Origin: Magallana gigas
Lineage: Eukaryota
Reading direction: 5' to 3'
Assembly: GCF_963853765.1 (NCBI RefSeq)
Contig: NC_088856.1
Coordinates: forward strand, 29,636,001 to 29,700,000
DNA: 64,000 nucleotides
In this document: positions 1-12,400 of the stretch, one piece after another
Numbering within the stretch: position 1 is the stretch's first letter
Layout of the letters: each line of letters begins with the position of its first letter
Made by a program: the position numbers and the translations under genes
Notes under the pieces: model-generated
The model's input: the letters and a program-made list of their open reading frames with translations, nothing else
Told to the model about the DNA's origin: nothing
Databases searched by the model: none

Positions 1-1437
1 TACATGTGTTAACAGTATTACAAAAAATAAATCTGTTCATTGTGATTTTTAAACGTTTTTCATATATTAAATAATGCACAGTTTCTTTTTTCCGTTAATA
101 TATAATACTAAAGAATTTTTTATGAAGAAAAAAAAACCTCAGTTGGACGATCGCAGACAACAGATGGTCCAAAGCGTTCACTTTCACATTAGGATGAAAG
201 AAACTATAAACCTGTTAGCACTAAAGAAGAGCATATACCTAGTATTCACAAGACGAAACGCTACCATTCAGTTATAAAATATAATGTTAAAAGTCTTAAT
301 TCTTTGTTCTTTTTTTCGAATTCCGGAAAAGCTAGTTCGTGTCTCTAATAAAAACACACAAAAAACAAACTATGAGTTTTTTTTCACGTAAGTCTTGGTG
401 TTAGAACCATTGTTTCCAATAAAGCATTTTTTTGGGTGTGGGGTGGGGTCATTCAAATTTACACGTCTTATACAAATGTATGTGCATGCGATGGTTAAAA
501 CAAATTTAAGCTGAGAAACTCCGCCATTCAGTAAACTGAAAGACGACTTAAAGAAGATTGTATGTTGACAGAAAGGCAGGAGTATGCCATTTCGGCAACT
601 TTTTAATCCTTTAAGTTAATATTCAGTTGATTGAATGACACAAGTTCATACTGTAATTTGCTGCCAATCTACAGTGGACAGAACGAATGTTAGATTATGA
701 TGTACAATGAATTTGATGTTCCTTAATGTTTCATTTATATTATGGCCTCTTGATTAACGAGGGCCTGAAATAAATGGATGCAATGATTTACACAATCACA
801 TATACAATTTAGTATGTGCATTGATTTAAGATGAAGGAATTCTTCAAATATTCTTACATTTTGTCACGATTGTATTGGTTTTGTATTATACCTCAACAAT
901 TGCCTAGTTCATTATCTTGCAGTTGGAGATTTAACATTTAAGACAGTTCCTCTTGTTATGATTTTGCAGATATACAAATGGTTCAATACTTTTGAATAGG
1001 TCTCATGTCATAATTAAAGAACAACTATATATATAAGTAACACTGTTGTGACCTTGTTAGATGAAAATATATTTATTTTTACACAGTACAAAAGATTACT
1101 ATGGTGTAAGAGAACATTAAATCGGGCAATTTGTGTTGTTCTTGTGTCTCACGCTTTCCACAAGTTCAATTTTTGGGTTATCTAAAAACGTAATGAAAGA
1201 GGTCTTATCAATTTTCATTCCAAGAACATTTAAGAAATAAAATGTCATGTTTGGAGGTATATGGCATTGGGGATATAAAAACGGGTGGTCATGTGATAAA
1301 AAAAATCTGATCACGTACCAACCCGTGTTTACCGGTATAACCCAACAGTCATTCAAAAAATGATACATTATTTCTTAATTTACATTTGTTGCAAATAATT
1401 GCAATAACATTGCTAGAGCTTCGTACTTTTTTTTGTT

Positions 1438-2269
1438 CGCGAGGGTGTTAAGGGAGCGTATGAGCAATTTAGCGTCTTATTTTGACTATTATATTAAAAA
1501 TCGTGAAATTAAATAACTATTTTGAATAAGATCAAAAACTTAGTATTATCCTGTAAAATAGATGGAAACGCAATAAAATTAAGTAGTACATTACTGCCAC
1601 ATTGGTGCATTATCACGTGACAACTATAAATAGTTTACGTATATTCCTTAACATAAAATGAGATAGAACAACACTACCCCGGTGTTTCTAAAATAAAATA
1701 AACAATCAGTAGAAGGCAAAACATCTCAGTTTAATCAAAACCGCTGCTAGAATTCTGTTTTTGTAAATTAAATATTAGTTATTCACCCGGGTCTCGTAAA
1801 ACCTTTCCAACTTTTATAAAGTTTGCACGGAAAAAGTATGTTGCATCAAAACAACACACAGCATGGGATTCTAGCAGTTTTCAATTTAAGCATTGATAAA
1901 ACTAACTAATCAAATTTACATACCTTTTAGCGAATTATTGATAAAACTAACATCTCTCCCAGTATTCTTATGTTCAATTCTCAATAAATCACACCACAAT
2001 ACTTTATCAAAGTTATCAGATTTGTTATATTTTGAATATGTTTACAATGCTCTCCAATTAAATTCACACGAAATTCAACTTTAAGTTATGACGTCATCAA
2101 TGTGTAAATCCACGTAATACAAACTAATTTCTGGGAAAAAATTAAGTATATTTTAATTGTTTTTGTTCTACGTTTCGTTGCTTAAATATTTGAATATGTA
2201 AATAATAATTTGCGATTTCAAGGAATTACATGCAACTCAGATTCCATATGCTTCCTTAACACCCCTGCG
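1438..2269. mobile_element. Degenerate non-autonomous TIR element (~830 bp)
   Basis: 25-bp inverted repeats 1438-1462 and 2245-2269 match at 21/25 and each contains TTAA. No coding capacity seen. Confidence 0.45.
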
Positions 2270-4738
2270 TTGACCTAGAATAGTTCTTCAATTTACATGA
2301 CATAACAAAAAAAAAAATAGTTTAACAAAGTTGCAAATATTTGACTAAAACAGTATAAAAAAGAATATAACACTATTTTTACAAGGCAACACTTTTTTTT
2401 ATTATTATGAAGTGAAATATGAAAGACATCTTAAATGAACAAACCGATTGGAGTTAGGCTAATTATTACTGCGTCTGTTTAAGTTTAGGTCGCGGAGCGT
2501 TTGGAATGAAAACAATGCGCTTTAAAATAGAGGTACATAGAAAACAAAGGAAATCATATCGCAGATTTATATTTAAGAGCATAATGTTTTGCCGCGAAAT
2601 TTTTGACAAGCTGTTAACAGAACAAAACAGGCAAACTAGACAAAAAAGACAAAAAAAACCCACCCAGACAAATAAAAAACAGAAGGTATTGAATTTGGCA
2701 TTGTAAACAGGGGTATCGCGTTTGTGAATTTGAACGGGATGCGAAGAACAAGTCAGACATTAAGTACATGTGTTTTCTACTTTGATTAATTGCGATTGTA
2801 GAATTTTCAGTGACAATTTGTTGTACGATGTCGACCCATAAAAGTGTATATCGTTACCTTGAGTTCACATTAATTGCCTTCAACTTTTCTTTGAGGGTAC
2901 ACCTAAATCTTGGGCTAGGACGTGTTAATGTGGGAATAATCATTATATAAATGACGTATTCGCTCATTAACCAAGACGACAGCAATTCAAGGACTTGGTT
3001 ATAGCTTTACTGTGGTGACATTGAACTTGCCCTGAACACATCCCTTACAGGTATAATTTATACGTTTTTGCACTTGTTTGGGCAGTCTCATATGTACTGC
3101 TTTTCGATTTTTGACACCTGCAAGGCTATATAGAGACTAACAATACAGCATTTTATACAACCACAGGATACATGTACAATGGGAAATCAATTTCAATAAG
3201 CATAATTAATATAATGAACAATGTGTTACCTGACAAATACAAGACCAATCATGATAATTTATACCACTAGTGTTGCTTAACGGGTGTGTCGAAGGATAAA
3301 AGACGAACAATACTCATCTGACCTACAAAAAACCTATCCTTTTTTTAATAAACACGATCTTCTCTGGGATTTTGCAAAACTTTTTTATTTGTTCTTTCCT
3401 AATTCTTGTGTTCATTGTAACATTCAAATACCCATTAAAATTAGATTTAAAATCCTGTGAAGTAGATAATGTTTTTCTTGCTAGATATGCTTCAATCAGT
3501 TCTTATATATAGACTCAAAACTAACATTATGGAATACATGTATGTTATAGAGACCATATGATTTATCTCAGTTCTTTTCATAGACTTAGTATCTTTTACA
3601 AATGTTTTAATGTCTTAATGTATTTTAGAAGGAATTTACTGAGGCCCTCATCTCTTGCAACTCCCTTATTATTTCCCCTAATGTTAAAAATTATACTATC
3701 TTATACATGTACATTATCTTTCTGGGAAATAAAATGGAGAAAAAATTGATCTGATTAAAAAATTGAAATACCAAACAAGGGTAAGACGTTGAATTAGTTT
3801 TGTTCTGGCATTGTTTCATTTTGTTTTTTATTAACATGTGCATGTTTATTCCAGAAAATAAATGATATAAATATCTGATGAATTTGCTAGATCGGTTTCA
3901 AATAAATGTACCCCCCCCCCTTTAATTTGTCAAATCGGTTAATGTTAAACGTTTTGCTTTTTAATCTTTTCAAAGAAAAACTTAAGATCTATCTTCATGG
4001 TTGCATATATATTCTTCGTCAAAGTACTGGTGTATATTTTAAGAACCAAAGTCTTACCATAGTTACGAATGTGATTAAGATTTATGTTTTTGTTTTTAAT
4101 GTTTTTACAATGCGTTAGTAAGACATTTCTAATAGTCAGCCAAAAGTTTAGTGTCAGCCGTCGATTTATAAAGGTAGAACCTACAATTGTTTGGTTATGC
4201 AAAGAAATCTTGGGTTTTGTTTTGTTTGCATTTTGAATGTTGAAAGAAAAATTCTAGGTTTAGACCAACATTGAAAATGACAAACGTCAGGAAATCTGGT
4301 CATAACAAACTGCCAGACAGAAAAATAAGCTTTAAAACGAATTTTTCAAGCATTGAACTAATGTTACCAACCACATGGCACGAGTCATGTTTAAATAACA
4401 AAGTATTGTATGATCTGTATCTTAAAACTCTACGAGTGACGCTTAAAATCAAGTTTACCATGTTAATGCATTTTTAAAGCATTGTAAACAATGAACATAA
4501 AAAATAAAATTTCACCAAAATCTTTACCCTGCTTGAAGGTAAAGATTTAGTAAATAATAGGTGCCAATAAATTGATAAAATTCAAGATAAAAATTCTTTC
4601 AACGATGTTTCAAAATTGTTTTAATATGATGTATCATCCCTTAATTTTTTTGGAAAAAACCCAATAAAAACTGTCATTTCTTATAAGATCTGAAGGAAAT
4701 AAGTAACAAATCTCGAAGTTTTGTTTATTTTTCTGACC

Positions 4739-4741
<3 letters not shown>

Positions 4742-4829
<88 letters not shown>
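4742..4829. repeat. (TA)44 microsatellite
   Basis: Pure dinucleotide run. Confidence 0.98.
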
Positions 4830-4832
<3 letters not shown>

Positions 4833-6488
4833 GTTCCATAATGCCTGCATTCTCTCAAAAACATGCTTTTGATCACCTCTTTAAAATGATTTGAAATGAC
4901 GTCAAATGCACATATGCATCAGCATTACTCCCCCCCCCCCTGATTTTATATCAGATATCAAGAGTTTATTTTTTTTTCTGCATAATAACTTTAAATCTTT
5001 AAAATCTAAAATCTATAATTACGTCATATTGGTTTTACCATCAACACTTTGGAATCCTTTACGAGATCTAATTTAAGGTCAAAGTCTAGTAAATGAAAAG
5101 TAGCTATAGCTTAGGAAACTCCAAATAAAAATGATAAATAAGAGGGCGATTAGAAATGAATTTTGTGAAGTTGATGTTAAACACTCGAAAAGTTCAGAAA
5201 GATCAACAAATAAAGATGACCTCATGCATTTGTTTTGAATAAATAAGAACAAAAAGGTTAAGTTAGAATCTTTGAATATATTGTGTATTGGAATCAAAGC
5301 AGACAACCACTATACCTTGTGTTCTATTTTTGTGCGTCAGGAAAAAAAATGGCGCCGTAGTTTGACATCATGACTGACAGAAATTTGAAATATCTGACTA
5401 TTAACGCTTTAATTCTTTTTTGTCAACAGATGATTGTTATCTTCCTTTATTTTCCTAAGAAGGATAAAATGTCACCAAATAAGTATTGTTCTATTAGTCA
5501 GAGTGATTTGGTTTTTTTTCCAGAGAGTCAGAATTTCAAAATAGATTGTTGTGTTATTTCTAATTAGTCAAAAGCGTTTGGGAGGAGAGGTATATTAACT
5601 AGGATATAAGGACATACTTGCATTTTAGTAATGTCTCAGACAATTATCATTTTTTTCTAAAAGTTTTATGACTACATTTTTCTGTTAAGTATTTCAGTTG
5701 GTTGATTTAAATAGTTTTCTATGCCCACAAATTGAAGGCAACTTAATGAAGAGATATTATATATAAGGATGATATATTGATTTTTTACTGTAAAGAAATT
5801 TAACGATCAATAAATAAGTTGACAAATAAGAATACATCGATACATGTACTATACTGTGAAATATTGTCGGCCTAAGATTATTATTTTTTATCCGCCAAAA
5901 CTGTTTTATATAGTGAAAATTATTATACTGGTTCAAATTTTAAAAAAATGATCAATGCGATTCGATTTAAGGTAAATCTTCGATTATCAATGTCATTTGG
6001 GTGATAATTTGTGAAGACATTTTGTTCCCAAAATCCATTTAATAAAAGAAATATTCAATATTAATCCCAGTAGATATGTATTTTTATCTAACATGTTATG
6101 TAAATTGTGATATTGTGATCACGTATCTTATTAAAAAAAATTAATCAGCATTTTAATACGAAACAAAGGTTTACCATATTAGTGTCTGTTTTAAAAATAC
6201 ACTCATGCTCTCCTAAATGTTCTCAATTTTTAAACTTTGCTTTGTCGCTCTCAGTCATAAAAACAAAACACAAATTTCCAAGAAAATATTTAATTGAACA
6301 AGTTTACATAAAAAGACAAAGACCGTCGATACTGAGTATGTGTCACGTAATGTTAGTCTCGCACAATGTGCCCGCACAATAAAAATCCCACGCATTCCTT
6401 TTGGTGTCTCTTGAATTCCAAAGAAGACATTAGTAGTTTTATAGTTCAATGAATATAATCAAAGCTATGTACAATGCTAATCTTTTCC

Positions 6489-9400
6489 TTAATTTTCAAG
6501 CTGTTCGTGACTTTGCATTTCTGCAAGAGGATGACGGGCTGAAAAAATAATAAAAATGATTTTATTGTGCCACTAATGATTTATCAGCTAAATGAATTAA
6601 AGTGCAATTGAAAAGCTAATTGACAAAGGAAGTTCTGCGTAGGTGTATGCTTTCACTTCAAAAGGCTTCTGTTTCTTGTATTCATAAGGGGCGGAAAAGA
6701 ACACGATTATATCAAATCCATAGAATACTATTGCTCCATAAATACAATGACAATCAATAATTAAAACTATCTTGATATAAGATTCGTATGTATAATCCTT
6801 GTATGCAGAAGGCTTATGAAATGTTCACCTAATTGGATATTGTTTATACTTACTACAGTCACATGTTGCCGGGCAGTACTCTTTGAGAATCAATTGGTCC
6901 TCGGACATGCAATCCTCTTGAGTGACCAACTCACAAAAGTCCCAATTTTCGTACATCTTTGGGTTCACACAGTCCTCTGAAGAACATAGAAAAACCCACC
7001 GATATGATAAGGAAAAATATTTAAATAACTTAATTATTTTGTAAAGGTTAGGTAGAAAAAAAATTGAGTGTCAACTTATCTTTCATCTGCATATTTGACA
7101 CCTTTTTGAGTTTTTGTATCTTAACCATGACAGGGCTAGATTTACCAATTATCTCCCCCCTTCTTTCTACATGAATTTTTCCCTTAAAAACATTTTATTC
7201 CTATAAGGCATTTCAAAGGAAATAACTGCCACAATGTTTCTTATAATATGTATTTAAATCATGTTTAATTCAGTAAATAGACTAAAAACTAATATCATAC
7301 AATTCCTAAGGCTTCTGTGTTGATATGAATCAGACATGCAAATACTTTAACTTGTAAAAAAACATATGATATTTTGTGTTATGCGCCAGGAACTAAATCA
7401 GAGAGAACAAGTGGATGACATCATGGAAAAAATGTTTTTTACGTGCAGAAAAGTGATAAAAATCTATGATTTAATTATTCCGTACAACACAGTGAAAGAA
7501 TATAAACAATAAAAATGAAATGAGACTGATTATAAAGGAGCTGTTATGAAACAAGGAATGCGATATTAGATTGCTGATTTATCACCAAGAACGCTGTGAA
7601 ACTTCAATAACAGGAAAGTTTTTAGAATGTCAATAGCTCTTCATTAGCCACGTGGGTTTTCTAAATACTGTCATTATAGATTCAGTACACCTAGGGCAAA
7701 CAAAAGAGGAATAAGATATAATCAACGTGTTAAATGCAGTTCTATTTATGTTTTAAAATACGGTGAATATTTTTTTCAGACGGAAAATAATTGTCAATGG
7801 GATTTTTTAATGTTGCAATTAGCATTCAAAAGTACAAAAGTCCTTCTTTTGTGAACTAAAATAACTGTAGATTCAACAAATGAATAAATGAACAATAACA
7901 ACCCCCTATAAGTCACGAAAAGATACTTCATGTCGAATTAGAAGACTCTTGTTGAGAAAAAAAACCCAATTAAATCGAAAACAATCAGAGATTCAGATAT
8001 CAGAAAGTGTTATAAAAAACATTGAAATGGAGATATACATTCAAAATCTTAATGTTCTATAGTGACAAAAAATATCATATCTCACCATCGCAATTTGGAC
8101 CTTTCCCATACAAACACTGGCAAGTGCAGGTTGTATTATCAAGGGCCCCTGTACCAATTCCGGGCTTCTCGCAAGTTTTTCTGCAGTCTAAATAAAAATT
8201 GTTTACTTTGTAAGCAAACATATTTCTTTGGGAAAGACTACATACACCTCATTTCCTGGTTGGCATATTCCGTAAAGCTATATAACGAGTAATACGTAAA
8301 TGCCTAGTCATATACATGTGCCTCTAAACCGATTGTTTTCAAAACATGAAAGTAACACAATGTATAAGTTAATAAAAGAAAAGCAATGTAGAGCTTTTAT
8401 TTTTGGTGTCAACTGAATTAATATTTCTAATGATACCCTTAATCTTGAGTAATCAGTAAATGTATAATTTTTGTTTCATTTTATTCAAGATCTCCTATAC
8501 CGATGTTTCCTTTGATCAGCTGAGTAGCAATCGATCCATCGTCATCTTTGTGCGGAAGCAATGCCTTGTCAACATCGGTGAATTGTACGCAATGAATGTA
8601 TATCACAATACAGTATAGTTATATCGACCCGTGCTTGGTAACGAATGTAAGTACATGTAATAGTGTGTTTCTTTCGAAGAATGATTCACAGAAATAGTTA
8701 ATTGTCACATTAGCACATCGCTTCTATAAAAAATTCTATTGGCTGAAGATCTTTTCAGGAGATATATCGTTTGGTAATTTTTCTATTATTTTTTTTAAAT
8801 TCATTGAAGTTTAAAACTAACAGAATTTTATAGGAAATCTTAGTTTAAATAAAAACTGAAATAATGTCGAAAAACACGTAAAGCTGGACACAAAATGAAA
8901 AAGATAATCAATTTTTTTCTACAGAAAGTTTATGTAATCAATTTTTTTTTTCTGCTGCTTTCTGTTTAGAGAAAATATTCCCAAACTAAAACTACATAGT
9001 TATGAATGGTCTCCAAATGTTGACTGTTAACAAATGAATTCCTTACAATTTAGCAGTTGATAAATTACAGTATGTTCAGTACCGATCAGACCAAACTTAG
9101 CAGAAAGTAACCCCCCCCCCCCCAAAAAAAAAATTTTGGATAGTCTAGGACTTTCTCTGGGTTTACTAGAATGGACCCAGAGTAAACCCCGATCAGAAGT
9201 AAACCCGTGAAGGAAGACACTACATGTGTATTTGGATTGTTCAAGGAACAGGAGTTACAGGCAGTAGGATAGTTAGATAAAAGATGGAACTGGTTAAAGT
9301 GCAAAAGTGGACCCCAAATGAAAACCCCAAATAAACACAAAGTAACCCCGAGTGGACCCAAAGAAACCCTGATTAGACACAATTTTTTTTAAAAAATCTT

Positions 9401-12400
9401 ACCCTGAGTTTACCCCAAGAAAACACTTAAAGTAACACCCGAGATTTAGTGCGGGTCAACTCTGGTGTTAGGTTGGGTCTGATCGGAACTGTATAACGAA
9501 AAATCTTAATGAAAAATTGTGTCTCCTTGATGTAGCTTCATTTCAAAAATTTCTGGAACAGCAGGTCTAAATTTTGTATTTAGATCTTGTGATGTGCTTG
9601 ATAATGGAGGCGGTGAAAACCACTGAAACATTACGGATACTCAACATTAAATAAGCAAAATAAATTTACCACAGTTGGCAGGATTTTCTTCATTGCACGA
9701 ATCTGTAAAAAATCAAACAAATTCATTTTACATTACCGTTGACAATAAACCCATATACCACAAATGAATCAAACCAAAGGCGTTTGACTTCTTATCACCA
9801 GAATAATTGCCTTGTGACGTTTAATGTATAAAGCACTGCACAAAAACATTGTATCCCTTTATTACAATGAAACCAATTTCAAGCAGAATTCATTTAAATT
9901 GAAAACCATCGTCGGCATTAAAGGATTGACTTTATTTCTTGTAAGAGTACTCTTGTAATGCAAAGGTTTGTATTTTTCCCTTGTTTACAAATTGTTGCAG
10001 ATGCTAATTTCATAGAGATCAATTGGATCAGTTCCAGGAGTAAAAACAGCAACAGTTAAAATATGTCACTTATATTAAAACCTAACCCCCCCCCCCAAAA
10101 AAAAAAAATAAATAAAAAAAATCAATAAAATAATTGATTCTCTGTCCCTATTTAAGTTCTGGGGTTTATAATCGAGATTTTCATTAGTTTCTTAATTAAA
10201 GAAGCATACTCTGACAATATTAAATCATTATTTTTAATTTCATTTTAAGATGCGATCTTGATCATTGTAACTAGCAGGATTTGAGTAAAATTTTATATTT
10301 CAGGCTGTCAAATTGGACGAGCGCGTGTTGCAATTATGCAGGGCTGTTTTTCCTTGGAGTTAATTTTCTGAATGCAATTGTAGTAAAAACAACTTTTCAA
10401 AAATGCACGAAAAAGATAATATGGATCGATAAATATTTGTTATGAATTGTTTTAAATTATATTGAAGTTCTTTTAAATGATAGGCACATGATGTTGTTTT
10501 AAGGAAAATTAACTATAAAACCGTTATCCTAACAAATTGGCAGACAAGGTTTAGTAACAATCAACAGTTTTCAGTCGCTGCGAGGAGTTCCATAAGAAGT
10601 TTGATATGTTCAAGAGTAGCTGCAAAGGTAGAGTACGCTTTTGAACCACCTTTATCATCAGCTGCAAATCGATAAACGTAAATAGAAACACAAATCAGAT
10701 TAAACAATAACTCATTAATTTTGGGATGAAATATNNNNNNNNNNNNNNNNNNNNNNNNNNNNNNNNNNNNNNNNNNNNNNNNNNNNNNNNNNNNNNNNNN
10801 NNNNNNNNNNNNNNNNNNNNNNNNNNNNNNNNNNNNNNNNNNNNNNNNNNNNNNNNNNNNNNNNNNNNNNNNNNNNNNNNNNNNNNNNNNNNNNNNNNNN
10901 NNNNNNNNNNATTGGAACAGCAATAAAAAGGAGTGTAGGTTTTATAATAACTGAACCCTTTCTGCACCGTTTCGTTAATTCTTCGCAACACTATACTCTT
11001 TATCCAAGTTCTTGAATTTCAATAACGCCTTCGACATAACTGTTTCTCAAAGGTTCCATAATCGTCGAAATATATGTGATTATCTGTCTGCATCTGCAGG
11101 GTGTATTTCTTTTTGTGATTCAAGCGAAGTCTGAAAAATTTGTCTAAAGGATTACAATCCTATATTCATCTAAAATATAATATGGTTGCTGACAAGAAGA
11201 TTGGAGTTTTTTTTATTCCATTTTCTCTATGTCTTTTATAGTGCACTGAATTATATGGACAACAATGTAACCATTATTTGATGTGCCATCCTACGAGTTT
11301 ATAAAGCTTACAATATTAAACCAATGAATCACATTGCAAAAACTATGTTTAATCGAAATAAATATTCCCTATCTCATAATTGTGCTTTGGTGCACTCTAT
11401 TATTTTAGGAACCTCTGCAGTTAAAGGATTTATGGTCTTGACTATGAGAGAGAGCAATATTATTTTTTAAACCTTCACCCTTTATGAACGGAATGTGTCA
11501 ATTCTTTGCCATAAAATATTCATAAAATTCGAAAATGTATATAAATGAACAACTTTTTCTTTGTTTTATTGATTTCATAAAGTTTTACGATAAAACAAAC
11601 ATATTTCTTAATTTGTTCACAGACAAATAAAATCAATGGAAAAGTATTGTTCATGTAAATTTGTATTTTTTTTTAATAACAAAAATGTGTTTAATAATAT
11701 TTTATCGCAAAGATTGTTAGATATGTTCAAATTAAACCAAACACATTTTCACTTTTGAAAAATATAAAATGAGTCAAATATATGATAAGTTGTGGTATAT
11801 TACATTCTGAAAGGTATGCTTTATTCTGGTTTATTTTGATTGTTCATATGGGTACTTAATCACATAACACTTCTAACATGTATTTTTCTTTCTCTTCAGA
11901 ACACATGACTGTACATAAAGAAAATTGTTTAAATACTAACAAAATTTTAAAAAATCGACTTTAAACAAAGATACAAATTAAATATCTTAAAATGAAATCT
12001 TAATGAAATCCATTTGCTAAATCTACCTTTGCATATTGATACAAACACATGAATTAACAACTGATATCAAATCTTAATATAAATTTAACAACTGTACCAA
12101 TATAATACAACGATTTATTAAATTAACATTTACATGTAATTGTTGTAGACCTGAAGCATGCTAACACTCTACATATTTTTCTCACAACTTTTTCATGTGC
12201 ATCCCGGTTGATGCCTTTTTCAAAAAGGAGGTTCGTTAAACGTAAACCCAAACTGTACAAATTTCTGGAATAAAAAATTCCGAAATAATTTAAAAACTTT
12301 GCTTCAATAAAAAATAGATTTATTTATTTTTTGATTAATAGATCTTATTATGAATAAATGTAAAATCATTTAAGACTTAAATTTAGAACAATTTGAAGAG

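Noticed and set aside
1117-1368. 83-aa minus-strand ORF
   Set aside because: No recognisable domain or supporting splice structure; length expected by chance.
4634-4876. ORFs with IYIYIY, LSLSLS or ERERER runs (also 23933-24331 and the tail of 35895-36377)
   Set aside because: Translations of microsatellites or read-through into introns.
3153-6766. Alternative phase-1 terminal exons for the CAP gene (e.g. 3153-3229 SNTLFIILIMLIEIDFPLYMYPVVV*, a hydrophobic open frame from 6766, and a short one near 6588)
   Set aside because: All are in frame, but 6489-6538 has the best nearby acceptor and exon-like GC content. Cannot be excluded without RNA data; a hydrophobic tail would imply membrane anchoring.
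10561-10991. ORFs spanning N runs (also at 31.9-32.3, 39.0-39.3 and 49.0-49.3 kb)
   Set aside because: Artefacts of gaps translated as X.
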